Origin: an uncultured Planctomycetales bacterium
GTDB taxonomy: Bacteria; Omnitrophota; Gorgyraeia; Zapsychrales; JAHFFX01
DNA: 64,000 nt
Direction of reading: 5' to 3'
Assembly: GCA_964612665.1 (NCBI GenBank)
Contig: CAZTCI010000001.1
Location: forward strand, 508,896 to 572,895
Within the stretch, counting starts at the first letter, position 1. Each line of letters starts with the position of its first letter. Positions 48,001-63,000 of this stretch are shown here, in pieces. The translations under genes and the position numbers were made by a program. The notes below the pieces were generated by a model. That model was not told the origin of the DNA and did not search any database. It was given only the letters and a program-made list of their open reading frames with translations.

Positions 48001-51000
48001 TAATTGATCGAACAGCGGCGCCGAAATCTTCGCCGGGACTTGGGTACGTTTGGCGGTATTTATAATCAACACAATAATGACAACCGCCAGCGCCAACATG
48101 GTAACAGCAAGAAATTTCTTATTTGTTGATTCAGGATTGCTTTTTTGGACCGATGGTAAGGATGTCCACGGCATTAAGACTCCATCGACTGAGAATCGCG
48201 CTGCCAAGGCTTCCGGCGACACGACGTAATTTTGCGGGAGAAATATATCCGCCAGAAAGTTCGGGTCTTTTTGACTTCGACCTTCTGCAGTTTCTACTCT
48301 GATCAGTAAAGAAAAGACATAAACCTGAAGAGGTATGACATTTATATCTGTCTTTGCGTCTTTCAAGACGGCTCCGATATGATGGAAACTAACAATCTTA
48401 TAAATTGTTTCATCATCAGAAAAAGCAGCCGTATCGTGGAGAACACCCGCCAACCATTCTCCATAACCGATACGCTTTTGAAGGTCCATGAGATGCTCGG
48501 ACCGGATGCCTCCAGCTTTCTCATATTTAATATCTTTGATATACCCTGCCCCTTCCATTCGCATAATTATAGCGGCCATCACTTTAATAAAGTCGCCAAA
48601 TAAAGTATGCGCCAAATCCTCCGACGGAATATCAGATACATTTCGAACACCTTTCTGAGCGTAATGTTCCAGTATGCTAAAAAAGGCCTTACGACCTTCT
48701 CTCAATGAGCGACCGAGATAAGGAAATTGAGTTAAATAATCGGCACCCGCCAGTTCCTTGACCAACATGCCAAGAAGAATCGTCTTTAAAATCTTGCTTT
48801 CTTCGCTCGAATCCTTTGTATAACGAATTAAAACAGGAATAATCCTCGGATTAATTAGAAAATCAAATTCAAGATATCCTTCACTGTTGATTGCGAATCC
48901 TTGATCTGTCATCTGGGGAACAATCGCGATGGGTGATTTGGAATCTCTGGGAAGAAAATCAAACTTACCGGTCATTCGCTTTAGGATTTCAGCCCAGCGC
49001 CGTTCGCGCTCATCGGAAGAATGAGCCCATTGAGCGGCTGTTGTCTGGAAAAATTGTCTAATAACCCGTTTAATTTCTTCGGGAGAATCAGGTAAAGATT
49101 CCTTTTCCTTGCGGGAAACAGCAGGAACGGAATTCGATGGTGCGGCAAATATGAGCGTTGATGTAAAGAGGAAATGAACGGCCGTCAGAAGAATCAAGAT
49201 CTTCTTAGAAATCGGCGGCGGTGAATTCTTCTGACGTTCAAAATAGCGTCGAAACTCGCTTAGACTCATCAATCCGCCGGCGAATCTTCTCCCAATAAAT
49301 ATAAGCATTACAACAACCACGCCCAGAATCGCATACCCATCTACACCCCGGAGGTGTAGATGGGTAACAGGATTTTTCTCTGACTCAAAATCACTTTCAG
49401 CAAAAGCACCTTCCAAAAGTGCGCCGACACGTTTCAGCCAAACATCAAAGTCAATCGCTTCATGCTGTGCCAACCACATAATGGCCTGCTCGAGCACTTT
49501 CACATGCCGAGGAAGTGCTTTTTGTTTCCAGGCCGGTAACGCGTTATAGGCCATGACATCCACTTGGACGCGGGCCGTTGTCCAATTTTCCTGTATGAGC
49601 AATGCGCGTACACTGCGCAAGACGTCTGCGCAATTTTCTATACCAATCGCATCAGTGAGAAATATGTCGATGTGCGTTGCATTCTCTTCTTGGGCTTCTA
49701 CCTTGGCCCATACATGAACAGCCGAAAGGTCGCGGTATTCAGCGACGACGGAATTCACCAGATCAATCAACGCGCTGCGGTCGTCGCGGTGCATGGTCAA
49801 TGCAATGTCCTGATTTTCCAAAACATCTTTGAGATGAAGCAGGAAGCTTACAACTTTATACGTGCCGGCCTGCGCAGCGAGTTCGATGCCTCTGGAGACA
49901 ATTTCCATGCGGACAACTGGATTGCGAAATTCAACAGCTGTCAGACCTAAAAGATCGTTGAGCGCAACAACGCTCGGTGATCTGTGAATCTCGTCGGATA
50001 ATTGATTCATAACAGTCAAGACACGATCCATTTCTTCTGTTTGAGCTTCGATAGCCGCTGACAAACCGTTAAGTATGTATAAAATCCAACGGAATTCTGG
50101 ATTATATTGCTTAGTCATCGCTGATACTATTGCCTTCGCCTGTCGAAGCGGCGCTCGAGCCAGATCTATTTGATCATTTGAATAGTGACTCCAGGCCAAG
50201 TACACGTAAGCAGCCACTTTTTGCGGTTCTAAAATATTTAATGATGTGATCGACGTCCAGCGTCTCACAGCTTCATCATATTCTTTTTGTTCAAAACTAA
50301 TTCTAGCCTGAGCGATTGCGGTCAAAGACAACACGCGGCCCTTTATGCCCAAATCGGAATACTGCTGGCTCCATGCTTTCAGAAGCCTGATTCTCTCGAC
50401 GGCAGATTCGAATTTCTGTTCCGTAATATCTATGATGATTCTGTAATAATTGGCCAGAATGTCCAACTCGATATAGCTAAAGTGGGGATGAAACTTCTGG
50501 GTCAGCATTGGCTGATAATGTGTCACATACCGATTGTTGATAGCGAGCGCCTGCACAAACGCTTGATTAGCTTCTACATAATGTTGCTGATCAAAATGAA
50601 TCATGCCTTTAAACAACGTAAACCATGCTTGTTCCAAGGAATCATCAGGGAATTTTTTGATCGCTTGATCGGCGGCCTGCAAAGCGGCTTCAAATTCTTC
50701 AAAAAGGGCCAAATGTAAGACCTTTCCAGTCAACTGCACAGACATGTCATCATCTTTTTCTGTCCTTTGTACCAAAACGCTCTGTTCCTGACGTGACAAC
50801 CATATCTCGACGGCATTTTGCACTTTCGCGACATCCAGGTTTTTCACTCTCGTCGCTTTCGAAAGAACAGCGCGTACCGTCGCTTCGTTTTGAATGCCAG
50901 CGACCAATGTTCTTAACTCCTGATCACTCGGCTGACCGCTTGGCAGATTCGGCAAAACATTCCGCAAGGCTCGACGCAGAGACGCATAATCTGTTTTGGG

Positions 51001-54000
51001 TCTGCCGGATGATATGGCCATGGCGAATATGAACATCAACAAGATAACCATCTCTAAAGACACAGGGTGGGCTTGCATCTGGTTGTTACCGTCGGCCAAT
51101 CGCATTGATCGGTTGTGTTGCGGATGTTTTGTTGCCAGGTTATTCTTTTGTGGACTGCCACTGACGACTTGTTCTGCCGCGATAAGACATTTCGTTCTGT
51201 CTTCTTTAGGTAGATACAAACACTTCACAACCAAATCAAGATACTGTCTGGCCAGCTCTGGATTATCAGAATTACTGCTCATTTGTCTAGTACGCTCGAG
51301 TACTATCCCCGCGAGAATGAGGGTTCCTTGTGGCCCTGTCCATAGAATGCGTCTGGCTTCCACGTTTTCTAATCTTTCTTCCGGTCGGAGAATTTGCCGC
51401 ACAAGAAAGCGGCCGGATTCAATCCAATCCAGCTCATCACGATTCCAGGCAATACTGCCATCCGCCGCCGCGTTCACGGCCCGGTAAGCGCGATTAAATG
51501 AGGTGTCTTTGCTATACCAAGGAATATTGCTCAAGATAATTGACCCGATGAAAAACACAACAACAGTCCTGCCGGTCATATTCAACAATCGTCTTATCGA
51601 TTCTCGCCATGACCATCCTAGCATCGTCGAGGGCCTCGCAAATTCCCGATGACTTTCGAAGTAATCAGAAAGCAGTAACCACACAACAAAAACCACAAAC
51701 AACCAAACACCATAGTGCTCAAAGAACGGCTGTATCAACTGTATATCGAAAAGATAATTCTTGTTTTCGACAACTTTGAAAATCTTCCAATCATGAGTTG
51801 AATAAGATCCTAAAGGATCTGTGCCGATAGACCCTTGGGCCACTTCTACCAATTGCCGTCGGGCTTTGTTAAGCAGTGTATTTAATTGATGCAGGTAGAC
51901 CTGAGTATCTTGCCATTCGATTGAAGATCTTTCTCCAGTTTGTTTATCGGTAACTTCCTCATAGTGCGTATACCATCCGACAATAAAATAACCGTTTAAT
52001 CTTAATATCCGCGCGATTGAATCAAGCATGCGTCTTTTAACGTCTTCCTTAATATAAGGACTCGAAAAAATGCTCATGGCAACGATTACAGCCACTGACT
52101 CTTTGCCTAACAAACTGTTTTCAAAATAAGCTTGAGCCCGTGGAAGGACCTGGAGTTTAGGCTCTCGGGCTGCACGGTTCTGCCAAATTTCATGGGAATT
52201 AATTTCTAGCGGATTGGCATCGGAATCATCGGAGGGTTGATAGATGATCAATTGATCGATGTGACAAAGAAGCATATCCTCCCATGGGATCTGATAAAAG
52301 TCTGACGGATTAGCGCTGGGTCCGATTGAAACCGCCCGCTCCCATCTGGATTTTTCAAGAGCGTTAATGGCGTTTCGCGCCCGCTGATAATACTCGGGGA
52401 CAAACCCGCTCGCCAAAAGTTCGCGTATACGAGTTCTCCTCTGCATTAGATCAATCCGCCTTTGCCGTCGAATTTCTTCCTGAAACTCTAAAATTGAACC
52501 TCGAGGATGTGCCCCTGTTATCCGTGCCCAAATATAATTCGCCCCAAGAACGAGGAAACCAAACACAATAATCAGGATTATTACTGCGGTTGAGTTATCA
52601 GGGATAACATTCTGCTGAATGAGAACATCCGTGATCGCTCCGGATGAGATGGCGCGATTAACTTGGGCGGTACGAGGAGAAGGAATCGGGATAATCTGCT
52701 CGCGCCATGCCATCAGCGGTTGATTAAACTCCACATTTGGATTTCGGAGTTGGACGGCTTCCCACATCATCTGTCTGATCTCTTCCTGCCTAAACTGACC
52801 ATCAAAATAATTATGTGAAATACCGTTGAGGTTATGAAGCCGCAATAAGGCGTTAACAAAATTCATAAATAAAGAGTTGTTACCTTTTATCATAAGGTTC
52901 ACGGCACGATTATTCAGATGTCTAGAAGAACCGATATATCCATTGATAATAAAATCAACGATTTCAGCCAATCTCAAATCGGAGGCTTCCGGAGTTAAAA
53001 TAGGAATGAAACGTTGCCAGATGGCTGCCGATAGTTGTAGAGAGAATTCTTTGGGATAACGTGTTGTTCCGGCGACGAAGCGGATGGAGCGTTCGTCCCG
53101 CTTTTGGGCGCCGATCATGGTGGGGGTGATGTAGTATGAATCGCCCAGTCCGATGATAACAATTTTGTTCAAGTACCGGAACCATTGCAGAATGTCTTCT
53201 GGACTGCCGATTGTTCCTTCGTTTTGTGCCAGAATCATCTTTAGAATTTCTGGCCTTACAGTTTTCTGATTTTTCCAGTAATTTTCTTGGTTGGGTGTTT
53301 CGGGCCTAATTTGACGTTCAGGAAGTCGAATAACTTCGTTCCAAGGCACCTCCAAGGCCTTTGTAAAATTAAAATAAGGGAATGCTTCTTGGAATCTCTT
53401 CGCCAGATTTTCATGGTCTTCTGCAGAATCCCCCGCAACACTACCGACGGCAACCGCCAATGCCGCTGCCCAAACCCAAGCGCCGGACAATCCGGCCGTC
53501 CATAACTTAATCAGTGCCATGATTACAGCAGTCACGGCAACCGGCCCTGCGCGAAGTTTGATTGTCAGGACGATAATCGCCAGAATAACGAGGAATCCGC
53601 CGATGAGATACGCCGATGATTCTTCTTTTTTGCTTGAAGTATTTTGAACGAGACTCGAAATCGATTGTGCCTTCTCTTCTTCCGCTTCCTTGCGCAAGCG
53701 TTGCCACATCCTTCGAGTTTGTGTTTGAAATCTGGGAGTTTGAACTCGTCGATATAATTTATTCAAAATATATTTGGCTTCCGATGATAACTGATGAGAT
53801 TGCTGCACCAACTCCCCTTGACGCAGGTTCAGCACATACTGCAAATCTTCTTCTCCTAATAAAAATGCAAAACGCAATTCTTGCAATAAAACATGCGGGT
53901 GGGCATGCATTTCTTCATAGTACCGTGACAGTAATCTCATTCTAGCCGCTCTTCCTCTTGACCAAGAAGGATTGAACACCTCATTCCAAATATTTCTAAA

Positions 54001-57000
54001 CGAATCAGAAATAATTTCTCTCCACGTTGTGCGATACGATAACTCCAGAATTCCGTTTCCGCGATAGCGCGTGTGATCGTAAACCATCTCAAATAGCTCA
54101 TGGACAAATGCAGCCTTGTCCCTATTGGGCGACGTCGGTTTGGGTTTCTGGTAATAGAATTGTCCCGATCTGAGGAATTGATTTTTGAGCGCAACCCAGA
54201 CTTGGCCTCCCTCAGTCACATAAAACATGTCACTCAAAAATGCGTACTCGGGTCCTTCCAAAAGAATGGCCCCTAACGTTTGGCCGAATTCATCGAAGCT
54301 CATCGCCTTGATCTCGTTGATCGTGCCCAGCCGCGCAATACGCAGCCAGGCCTGGTGAATCAAACGATCATCGTGGCGTTTCATTGGCCGATAATCTCTA
54401 AAGTACCAAAACAATAGCTGTGTCACGGATATCGCCAGAATATTAACGGAGAAAGGATAATTTTTAATTTCTTCCATAAGCAACGAAGCCATCGTCATGA
54501 TGATCGTCGGCGCGGTTAGGTGCGTCACACCCACTACGACGATGATGATAAGAATCGCTATCGAACAAACCCATAACATTCCATGCAGTTCCTGCTCGGA
54601 GGAATTTGTTTGAACCTTCTTCGCATTGGCGTTGAATTGTTTTCCAAACACCTTCTCCTGCGCCTCTTGAGCAGAAACTTTGTCGGCGCGCAGATTAATA
54701 TATTCGAGCGCGAGATCTATTTGATGACCACTCAATTCCCACGCGATGCCGGCGAGGATCAGGCCGTAGGCTTCTTCGTGATTTTCGATATCGTTCAGCA
54801 CCTTCTTAATGACGGCTTCCCGTTGATCCACATCTCTGATTCCCGCCAAGGTCATGGCGGTCTCAATTAACTCACGGTCTTCTTCCGGTTCGATTGTGTT
54901 CAATCCATCAATGGCCATCCATTGCACATATGTACGGGCATGCTTGTAGGGATCCGTGATCTCCTGCGCCCAGGAGACTTTGCTAGACAACACAAAGGTA
55001 GCAATTAGAAGTAGCAATTCTCGACGATGAAATGCAGATCTATTTTTTGTGCTGATAGAAGATGTATTCGTGATTGTAGTTGATCGGGTGTAAGATTTGA
55101 GGAGCCAAAGAAGAAGGACAATCAGCAGGAGATCAATACCTAACGAAACTATCCAGACTTTTTGTTTTAATAAATCTTCAAAATCCGAAAGACCATCATC
55201 TTCCTCATCAATTTCTAAATTATTCTTACTTCTCGCCATCGAGATCATACTCATCGTTTGGTTAAACAATACCTCTGATCTCCGCTCTTCCTCTTCTTTC
55301 TGTGTCAAAACTTTGGGCCGCAGTTGCTGCTGTTCGGCGATCGCCATTAATGTTCCAAAATAAATCGGATAAAGTGAAGATGATTCTCTAAGAATCAGCA
55401 TGCCGTGACCATCATGGAATTCTCTATTTTTGAGCTGCTGAATCTGACTTAATGTTGCCAGGGCATTCATCGCTTGAACAGTGAACGGCTCATCGTATTC
55501 AATCGCCTGTTGAACAAATTCTGCCTTCAAAATTGGACTGTCAGCGTACGCATGAGGATTCGGTAAAATGATCTCAACTTGGATATTACTTTCTGCATCC
55601 TGATAAATAAATCGTGTGGCTCCATCCACTATCTCCTGAGTTAACTGATCAAACCTGATGTCATGACGCAGATTTTCTGTCGTATAAATCATGACATCGT
55701 TATAAAGGGTGAGGACGGCTCTTGAGATTTGACTGAGCGCATAACGGCCCCCAATGTCATCCATTTCAAGATCAGACCCATCCAGAACTTGAGTTTCATC
55801 CGCATCAGATCGTGGAGCATTAAATTCAGCGATTAGACTTTCTATTCCAAACTTTACCATTCCGAAAATTTCATCCAAATCCGCCTGACGAACTTTCACA
55901 TCAAATTGGCGTCCTGAAGAATATATACTTGAGGCTCTTTTTAAAAAGTAATCGATAAACTCTTGCTTATCAACTCCTGTATTTAAATCTTCAAAATTTT
56001 CTTTCCTATTAAGAAATACTTCCCAGCTGTCTTTAATAAAAGAATTCATCTTCTTGATTAATGAAGGTAAGGTCAATGTAGAGCTTGACCATATTTGGTG
56101 AGGATAAAATTCCGTATTGAAAAATTCTTTCCGATAATCATTCAAATATTGATTTAAAACAGGGACACTTAAAACGAGGCCATTGCCACCTAAGACTTTG
56201 CGCAAAATATCATGGATAATCCGCCCGCCGTTATTTTCTCCCATTTTTATAAAATAAATGTCTCTAAAGGTCGGCGGTACATTGTGGTTTGTGTAATTCA
56301 TATTCATCAGTGTCAACAAGGCACGAACTCTAGAGATTGTTTCTGCGCGACTTTGATTTTTTTCTAGCGCCGGTAAAAATCTGCTGGCGAGGTTCGGATA
56401 ATTCATGATTCCATCAAAAGAACGTTTACCAGCAATGGACACTTGAAATGCAAAATGTTCACTGGTCATAATCATCTTTCGAATTGCGTATCCCTTGACG
56501 AACCAATTTTGTTCAATCAGTTCTTCTCGAGCCGGAACATAAACAATTAACATCTCAATGATCAGTTCAGCCATGGCCAAATTCTGTTCAAACAAAGCAT
56601 CCTGTTCTGGATACATCCGACGGGATAGAATGACAGTATGTTGCAGCGCTGAAAGAATTCTAACGGCCGGCCAATGATCGATGCTAAGCAATGCGGTTCT
56701 CAATTGCCTGACCTCCTCGATCAAATTAGACAGATAAGACATTTTTGAAATTTCTGGATATTCTCCGACAATCGCTTCCAACTCCTGAAGAAGCGGCTCG
56801 ATGAATTCCGGGATAACATAATACCGTTCGTAGGTCGGTTTATTCTTCGTCCGCGTTAGAGTCACCATCCGTTTCTCTTGCTGGCGCTGTCGCTGTCTTA
56901 AATGATTCACGATCGGACCGTAGTCATTTTGAATTCCTTTAAAACGAGAGACCGTTTTGGATGAAAGGGGCGTCGTCGTTTCTAAGGTCACGACAGCGTC

Positions 57001-60000
57001 GAGAATGGATTTCAAACTCTCTAATACATGTTCGGTCTGCGTCAAAACGTCCGATTCCTCGGCTTCAAGCTTATCGGCCTCAGCCATTAATTCTTCAACC
57101 TTATAGGCTGGAGCCCTATGCGTTTTTAAAGCTGCCTCCATGTGAACCATTCTCGTCCTGGCCGCATCAATGAGTGCGATGGCTCGTTTTTCTGAAACCT
57201 CTTGCATGTATTGGGTCAATGTCTTCCCGAGTGCGTCCTGATCACTGGCTAATGTTTGTAATTCATTCCGTCCTTCCTCGGAAATCTTGGATTGATGAAC
57301 GGTGATGGCACTGATCGTCAGCGCTGCTTTACTCACATCATCCGTCATCGTCTTAAGCCTCTGATAAAGATCATTAAACTCCGTCAACAAGACGCCCATA
57401 TTATCATCACTGACGATTAGTGTCTTCTTTAGATAAGTGGCTACGGATGCATTGATCTCTAAAGACACAACGTTGCGCATCTGCGTCAATCGATCCTTCG
57501 TTTTTTCCATTAAATCTTCGAGCGTAATAAATCGATGACCAGCTTCAAAAGAGTCCTGAAGCAAGATCATTTGCGTCTCTTGCGTTCCTTGATAGACATT
57601 GCGGGTCTCCTCAATCAGCGTCTCAATGGATTGAGGATCTTGCTGCAGAATTTGGGCCGCTCTTCTTATTTCCGCCACGGCCAGCGTCCAGAGATCCTCG
57701 TCGGCCTGATCCATCAAACGTTGCGCCCAAGCGATAAATTCAAATTCCATCAACTCTTGATTCCAAGACGAACTCAATTCGTGAATCAATTTAATCGTTT
57801 CAAATTCGGGAGACTCTTTTAAATAATCTCGTCGAACCATTCTTAAAATACGTGCCTCGATGACATCGAATTCATCCCAATTAGAAATTTGTCGATCAAT
57901 GAGGAACTCGGCGACCTCATCCAGCGTTTTGAGTTTTACGATCGCCGTCAACAATTCTCGCTCTTGTTTCGATTCTGTCTTCTCTTCTTGTTGCAAGTTT
58001 TCGTTCGATTCTCCGTTTGCACGGAAAAGTTCGTTATGCTTTGCAGATCCTTCTTCGATCGATTCGTTAATGGCATTCGCCAATACTCGTCGGGTGTTTG
58101 GATCAAAAGCCACATTGTCCGGGAGATCTCTGCGCATGCTAAAGTAAACAAATAATATTTCGCGCCGTTCTCCTTCCCGCCAGCTATATCTGAAAAAGAT
58201 TCGATATGGTTTCCAATGAAGTTCTTGTAAGTTCAAGTAATTAATTCCAAATCCCATAATCACCTTGCCCAACGCCTTCCCATGCTCAATTTGCGATGCC
58301 GACGTCATCCATCGATCGATCTCATCCAGTAAACGCTTCTTTTCTTTCTCGTTGAGTTCGGATATGTTTTCATAAAATTCTTCCGAGGCCCTAGCTCGTA
58401 AACGTTTCAATGATGTGCTGCCATTGGCATAAATTGCTGTGCCGACAATAATGCCAAGGATAAACATCCATGAAAACGACGTGTCGATCATAATCCCCAC
58501 CACCGCTCCGATGAGAATCATGCGGAAGAGGTGATCCGCCGTGAGATGGTAGAGATGACGAAGGACGTAGGCGGAGACGCCGATAAAGAGGATGCTAATG
58601 AGCAACACTGGCGAGATCGCTTTGAGATTATGATGTTTCGACGGGTTTAACTCACCAGCCTTCTCATCCAAATGCTGAGTGATGTCTTCAACGGGAATGG
58701 CAAGACCATAATAACGTATAATTTCTGATAAATTGACAAAAGTGGTTTGGGCTTCATCCCATTGTTTCAGAGTTTGAATCTGTGATACCTGTTGCGCCAG
58801 TTGATGAATCTCTTCGACCATAACATCATGCAGCGCGTCTTTCCGAATGGCTTGACGGCGAGATTCAATCTCGTCGATCATCTCTTGGAAGGTCTGACGA
58901 TAAGCATCCAGAGCTTCCTTTGTCGATTGATATTGATCATCCAGCAAGGATTGCTGTTTTTGTAAACGCGACTGCAACAATCGTACGCGCTCAAGGGGAT
59001 CTTGAGGATGACGTCGCTTCGCCTTCGCTTTGGATATCGTTTTCCGCCCATGAGGATATCCTACAAATTTTTGATCACGAATCACGCGCCGGACGGCTTT
59101 CCCCTGCGTTTCTCCTCGCTGATTCTTTCCGGTGATGAACTGAATCGCACTTCGCCTTTTATTCCAGATGTTATCCGAACTGATTTCAACCGGCAAACTG
59201 ACTCTGATGGCACTGTTGGGCCAGATGCCTTCGGAGGTATCAATTCCAAAAGACAGCCGGATGATTTCAGCGGCCGCCGAATCTTTCCCTTGCAACTCCG
59301 CATATCTTAAACGCATCGCCTCAGCCTCGGGAGTATCGATCTCACCGCGGAAAACCTTTCTCAATTCCAAATCTCGCGCATTCAACACGACCGCTTTTTG
59401 CTTAATCGCCAGAACCTCCTTTTTCCTGGCCTCAGGCAGAAGCAAGATGGTTGACAACGGAACATTGAAAGCTGCGGCAAATTGAGGCAACGCACTGATC
59501 GAAAGCGTGCCGTCTCTCATTTGCTTCTGAAGATTTTGATAAAACATCCCGATCCGCTTGGCAAAATCTTCTTCGGTTAAATCGCGTTCCAGGCGAAGGA
59601 CCAGAAGATTGGCGAAGATTAAGCGTACAAATTCTTTTCCATCCGTCGGGCCGATGAACGGATACTCGGCTTCGTCTAAATTATCCAAAAAGAAAAGCAA
59701 TGGATTTCGCTGCAAGATATTCGCTATCTGGACAATTTTCGCCACCTGCGTGAATTGCAAATTATTTTCAATCCGGCGAATAGAATTCCCCGACATTCCC
59801 AGTTTTGTCGCGAGCCCTTGACGGGCTAAATCTGATGACGATGCTTCACGATATTTTTCAACCTGAGCGCCCACCCATTGACCATAGCGTTCAATTTCTT
59901 CCAATTTCTCGGGAGTGAAAATACTCGTCCTCGACTTCCTATCCACTCTGGCCATCCCGGCGAGGAACATCAGGTTAAGACCAAGGGCGGTGAGGGATAG

Positions 60001-63000
60001 CGATGAGAACAACATCCCCATTCCCGTCGATAATCCGGAAATGATTTTGGCGAGGGCGAGAACGGTGATCACAACAGGGGTCAATGCGACAAGGCTCAAA
60101 CGGCTTTCGGTGATCGATGGAACTGGATCGAATCTCGCTTCTCGCCGCGGAAACTTTTTGCGCAATTTCTCTAAAATCGATTCCAGCGTTTCATTCTTCG
60201 GTAATCTTTGGATAGTAAGGCAAAGGCGGCCTTCCTCAACTCCTTTTAATACCTCGACGAGGTAACACGCGGAGGGTGGCTTGAGGATCTTTCTTAAAAT
60301 GAATGGGAGTCTTTCTTTATCTGATAACGTCAGGCCGGGCGCCGCTTTAATCTCCTGTAAAATTTCTTCGAGCGTGCCCTGGAATTTGAAGGACTGAATT
60401 TTGAGGTGTGGATTTTCTTGTGTCCCAGCATCCGGCGCAGAGGTTTCGAGATAAACATTGATAGAACTATCATTGGAAGGGACCATCGCGGATTCGTTCG
60501 GCACCGTGACAAGGAAACGAACAACCGCCGCATGCAGTGCTAAACTCAACATCAACGCCAGGATATTCACTTTGCGGTCGGATAAAATTCTCAACGAAGA
60601 TGCAAAGATACGCGACATCCGCTGCGTCGGTGACCGGATCATGCCCGCCACAAAATACAAAACGAGGAACAATCCGATGATAAGGATGCCCGCCCAAGAA
60701 AGATTATTGAATCCTTCTCCAATGAAATAGGCCTTCAGTTTTTCCTGCTGGGCTTGATCCAAATTCGATTCTGATCTCACGCGGATCGGCAACAGATTTT
60801 CATGCTGGGCAATTTCCTTGAGCATGCCCAAGGCAGCTTCTGATTCGACTGATCCCTTCTTTAGTAAACCATCTTCACCTTGCAGTTCATTGTGCTGATG
60901 AAGGAAAAACATTTGATAAATCGTCCCGGCAAACAAAGCGCGCTGAGTAAACTCTGGATGCATCGTGGCCGCGGATTTAAATATGCGCTGCTCTTCTGTT
61001 TCTTCAGACTCCGATGAAGGCGATGAATCATCGCGGGAAACTTGATAGGCTCTCCAATCTTCCACAATAAAGCCGACATGGACAAATTCGTTCTCAAAAT
61101 AAAATCGCGTTGACTTACCGTCGGAGTCTGAAATTTCTATGTCCTCATACTTGACACCCAAATGCGGTCGCAACATATAGTGTTGTACCTGGACGTAAGT
61201 ATCAATAAGCACTCTGACAACCTTGAGTAAATTCTTTCTGGCTGTAAGAATTTCCAATCCAGCCAGATCGCCCTCACTTTCCATCTTTGCCTGCAGTTTC
61301 GCAATGGTTTCCCCCACACCTTCTTTCTTATCCAGCATATTTTTGGTTGTATTCAGGATAATTTTTCTATTGTATGGATAACGTAAGTGCTTTTTGAATA
61401 CCTCAAAGCCGTTGGGGACCAATCCAGTCTTGTTGTAATCTTCAATAAATTCGTGCCATATTGCAAGGGCCTCATTAATCACCTCCGGAATTTCATAACT
61501 CGACCGCGGTCTTCTAACATGCGGCAGATTCTTATTGCGAAAGGCGGACAAAATTCCAGTCTTTTTCTTTTTTAATTTTGGATCAACCCACTCCAACTCT
61601 GGGAACAGTTGCAATCGTTTTAAAAAGAATAAATAAATGCTCATCATAAATGGACCAAGATCCATATCGTGATAATAGGAGGTAATCAAAACCATAGGTT
61701 CAATGCCAAAAATGATCATGGCCATTTCTCGAGCAATAAATCTGGCTCTATTTAACTGAGTCGCCAGATTTTTATTAAATGTCATCGCTGGTTTTAATAA
61801 ATTTGAAATATTAACTCTACAATAAATCAATGCTTCAAATTCTTCATCTGTAGAAATGGTCTTTATTTTTTGAATGATCCCAACGTTGATTTTCTCCGCT
61901 CCCTCAAAACGAACGATTCTCGCTCTCGCCATGGCATATTCTTGAAGCATTTCCACAGCCAGCATGGATATGGCGATGCGGCCACTTAGCTCATCTAGAT
62001 ATTCCTGTAGCTCAATGCCCTGGCTAATCGCTTGCTTTTCAAGTTCGTTTCTTACTAAAGGATTGATTTCATCGAGAGTCTTAAATTTCTGTTCAATAAC
62101 ATCATCATCAAATCCAAGGAAATACAAGATACGCTCCAAAGCAGCACGCAAAACGTCAAGAGGGGCAAATGAATCTGCATCGTCGAGATGACGCAGCGAT
62201 TCTCTAAAATCCTCAACGTCAATGAATAAATTCATCGACGAAGAGAAGAGTGTCAGTGTGGGGGCAAACCGGATGGTGTCTTCAATGACCTGAATGGCTT
62301 CTTCGACCAATGGAGGAATGGAATAATAACGATCAAAACTGGACTCATCGGCGACTTTCTTCTTTTGAAGTTGATTCAACTTAGTCGTGAAGTCTTTTTG
62401 CTGGGCCTTGAATTGTGCGGCGAGCTCTCCATATTGTAATTCCAAAGTGTTAATCCGGGTTTTGGTGGCATCAGAAACCTTTTGTTGATCTTGCTTTATG
62501 ATATTTAATAATCCTCGGCTCCATCGCATCAAAACTTCGCATTTTTCCACAAATCTTTTCTGCGATTCAATAATGGCATTCACATCTTGTAAATCTGTTT
62601 CGGTGATTGTCGGCTGACCATGTCTCAAAATTATTAAGAACTGGCCTGCTTGCATTTCAAAAGCTTCAATTTCCAACGCCACGATCGCTTCATACCCGGC
62701 GGTGATGACTTGTTGAACAGAAGCGGTCAACTGCGCAAATTCATTTTGAATGACAGAAATATCTTCGGTCCAGCCATTCTCAATCCCCGTCGCAATTTCT
62801 TTTAACAAAGCAACCGCGTGGCCGATTGATTGCAAATGATTCTTAACTTCTGTCTGCCTCCCTTCGATCACATCCATTTGATCCAAAACGTCTTTTTGTT
62901 CGCTCCAGGGCTTTGTCGGATCGATATGGCGTGTCAGCTGCACAACAGGCCAGCTGGCCACGACAGTGGATAACGTTTGAATTTCCGTCTGAGTTCTTGC

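Noticed and set aside
49334-49366. The junction hairpins as intrinsic terminators of the giant transcript
   Set aside because: In the minus (mRNA) orientation none of them is followed by a U-tract. Termination every few kb would also be incompatible with a 64+ kb ORF. Only the 23488-23539 hairpin has a T-tract, and only on the + strand.
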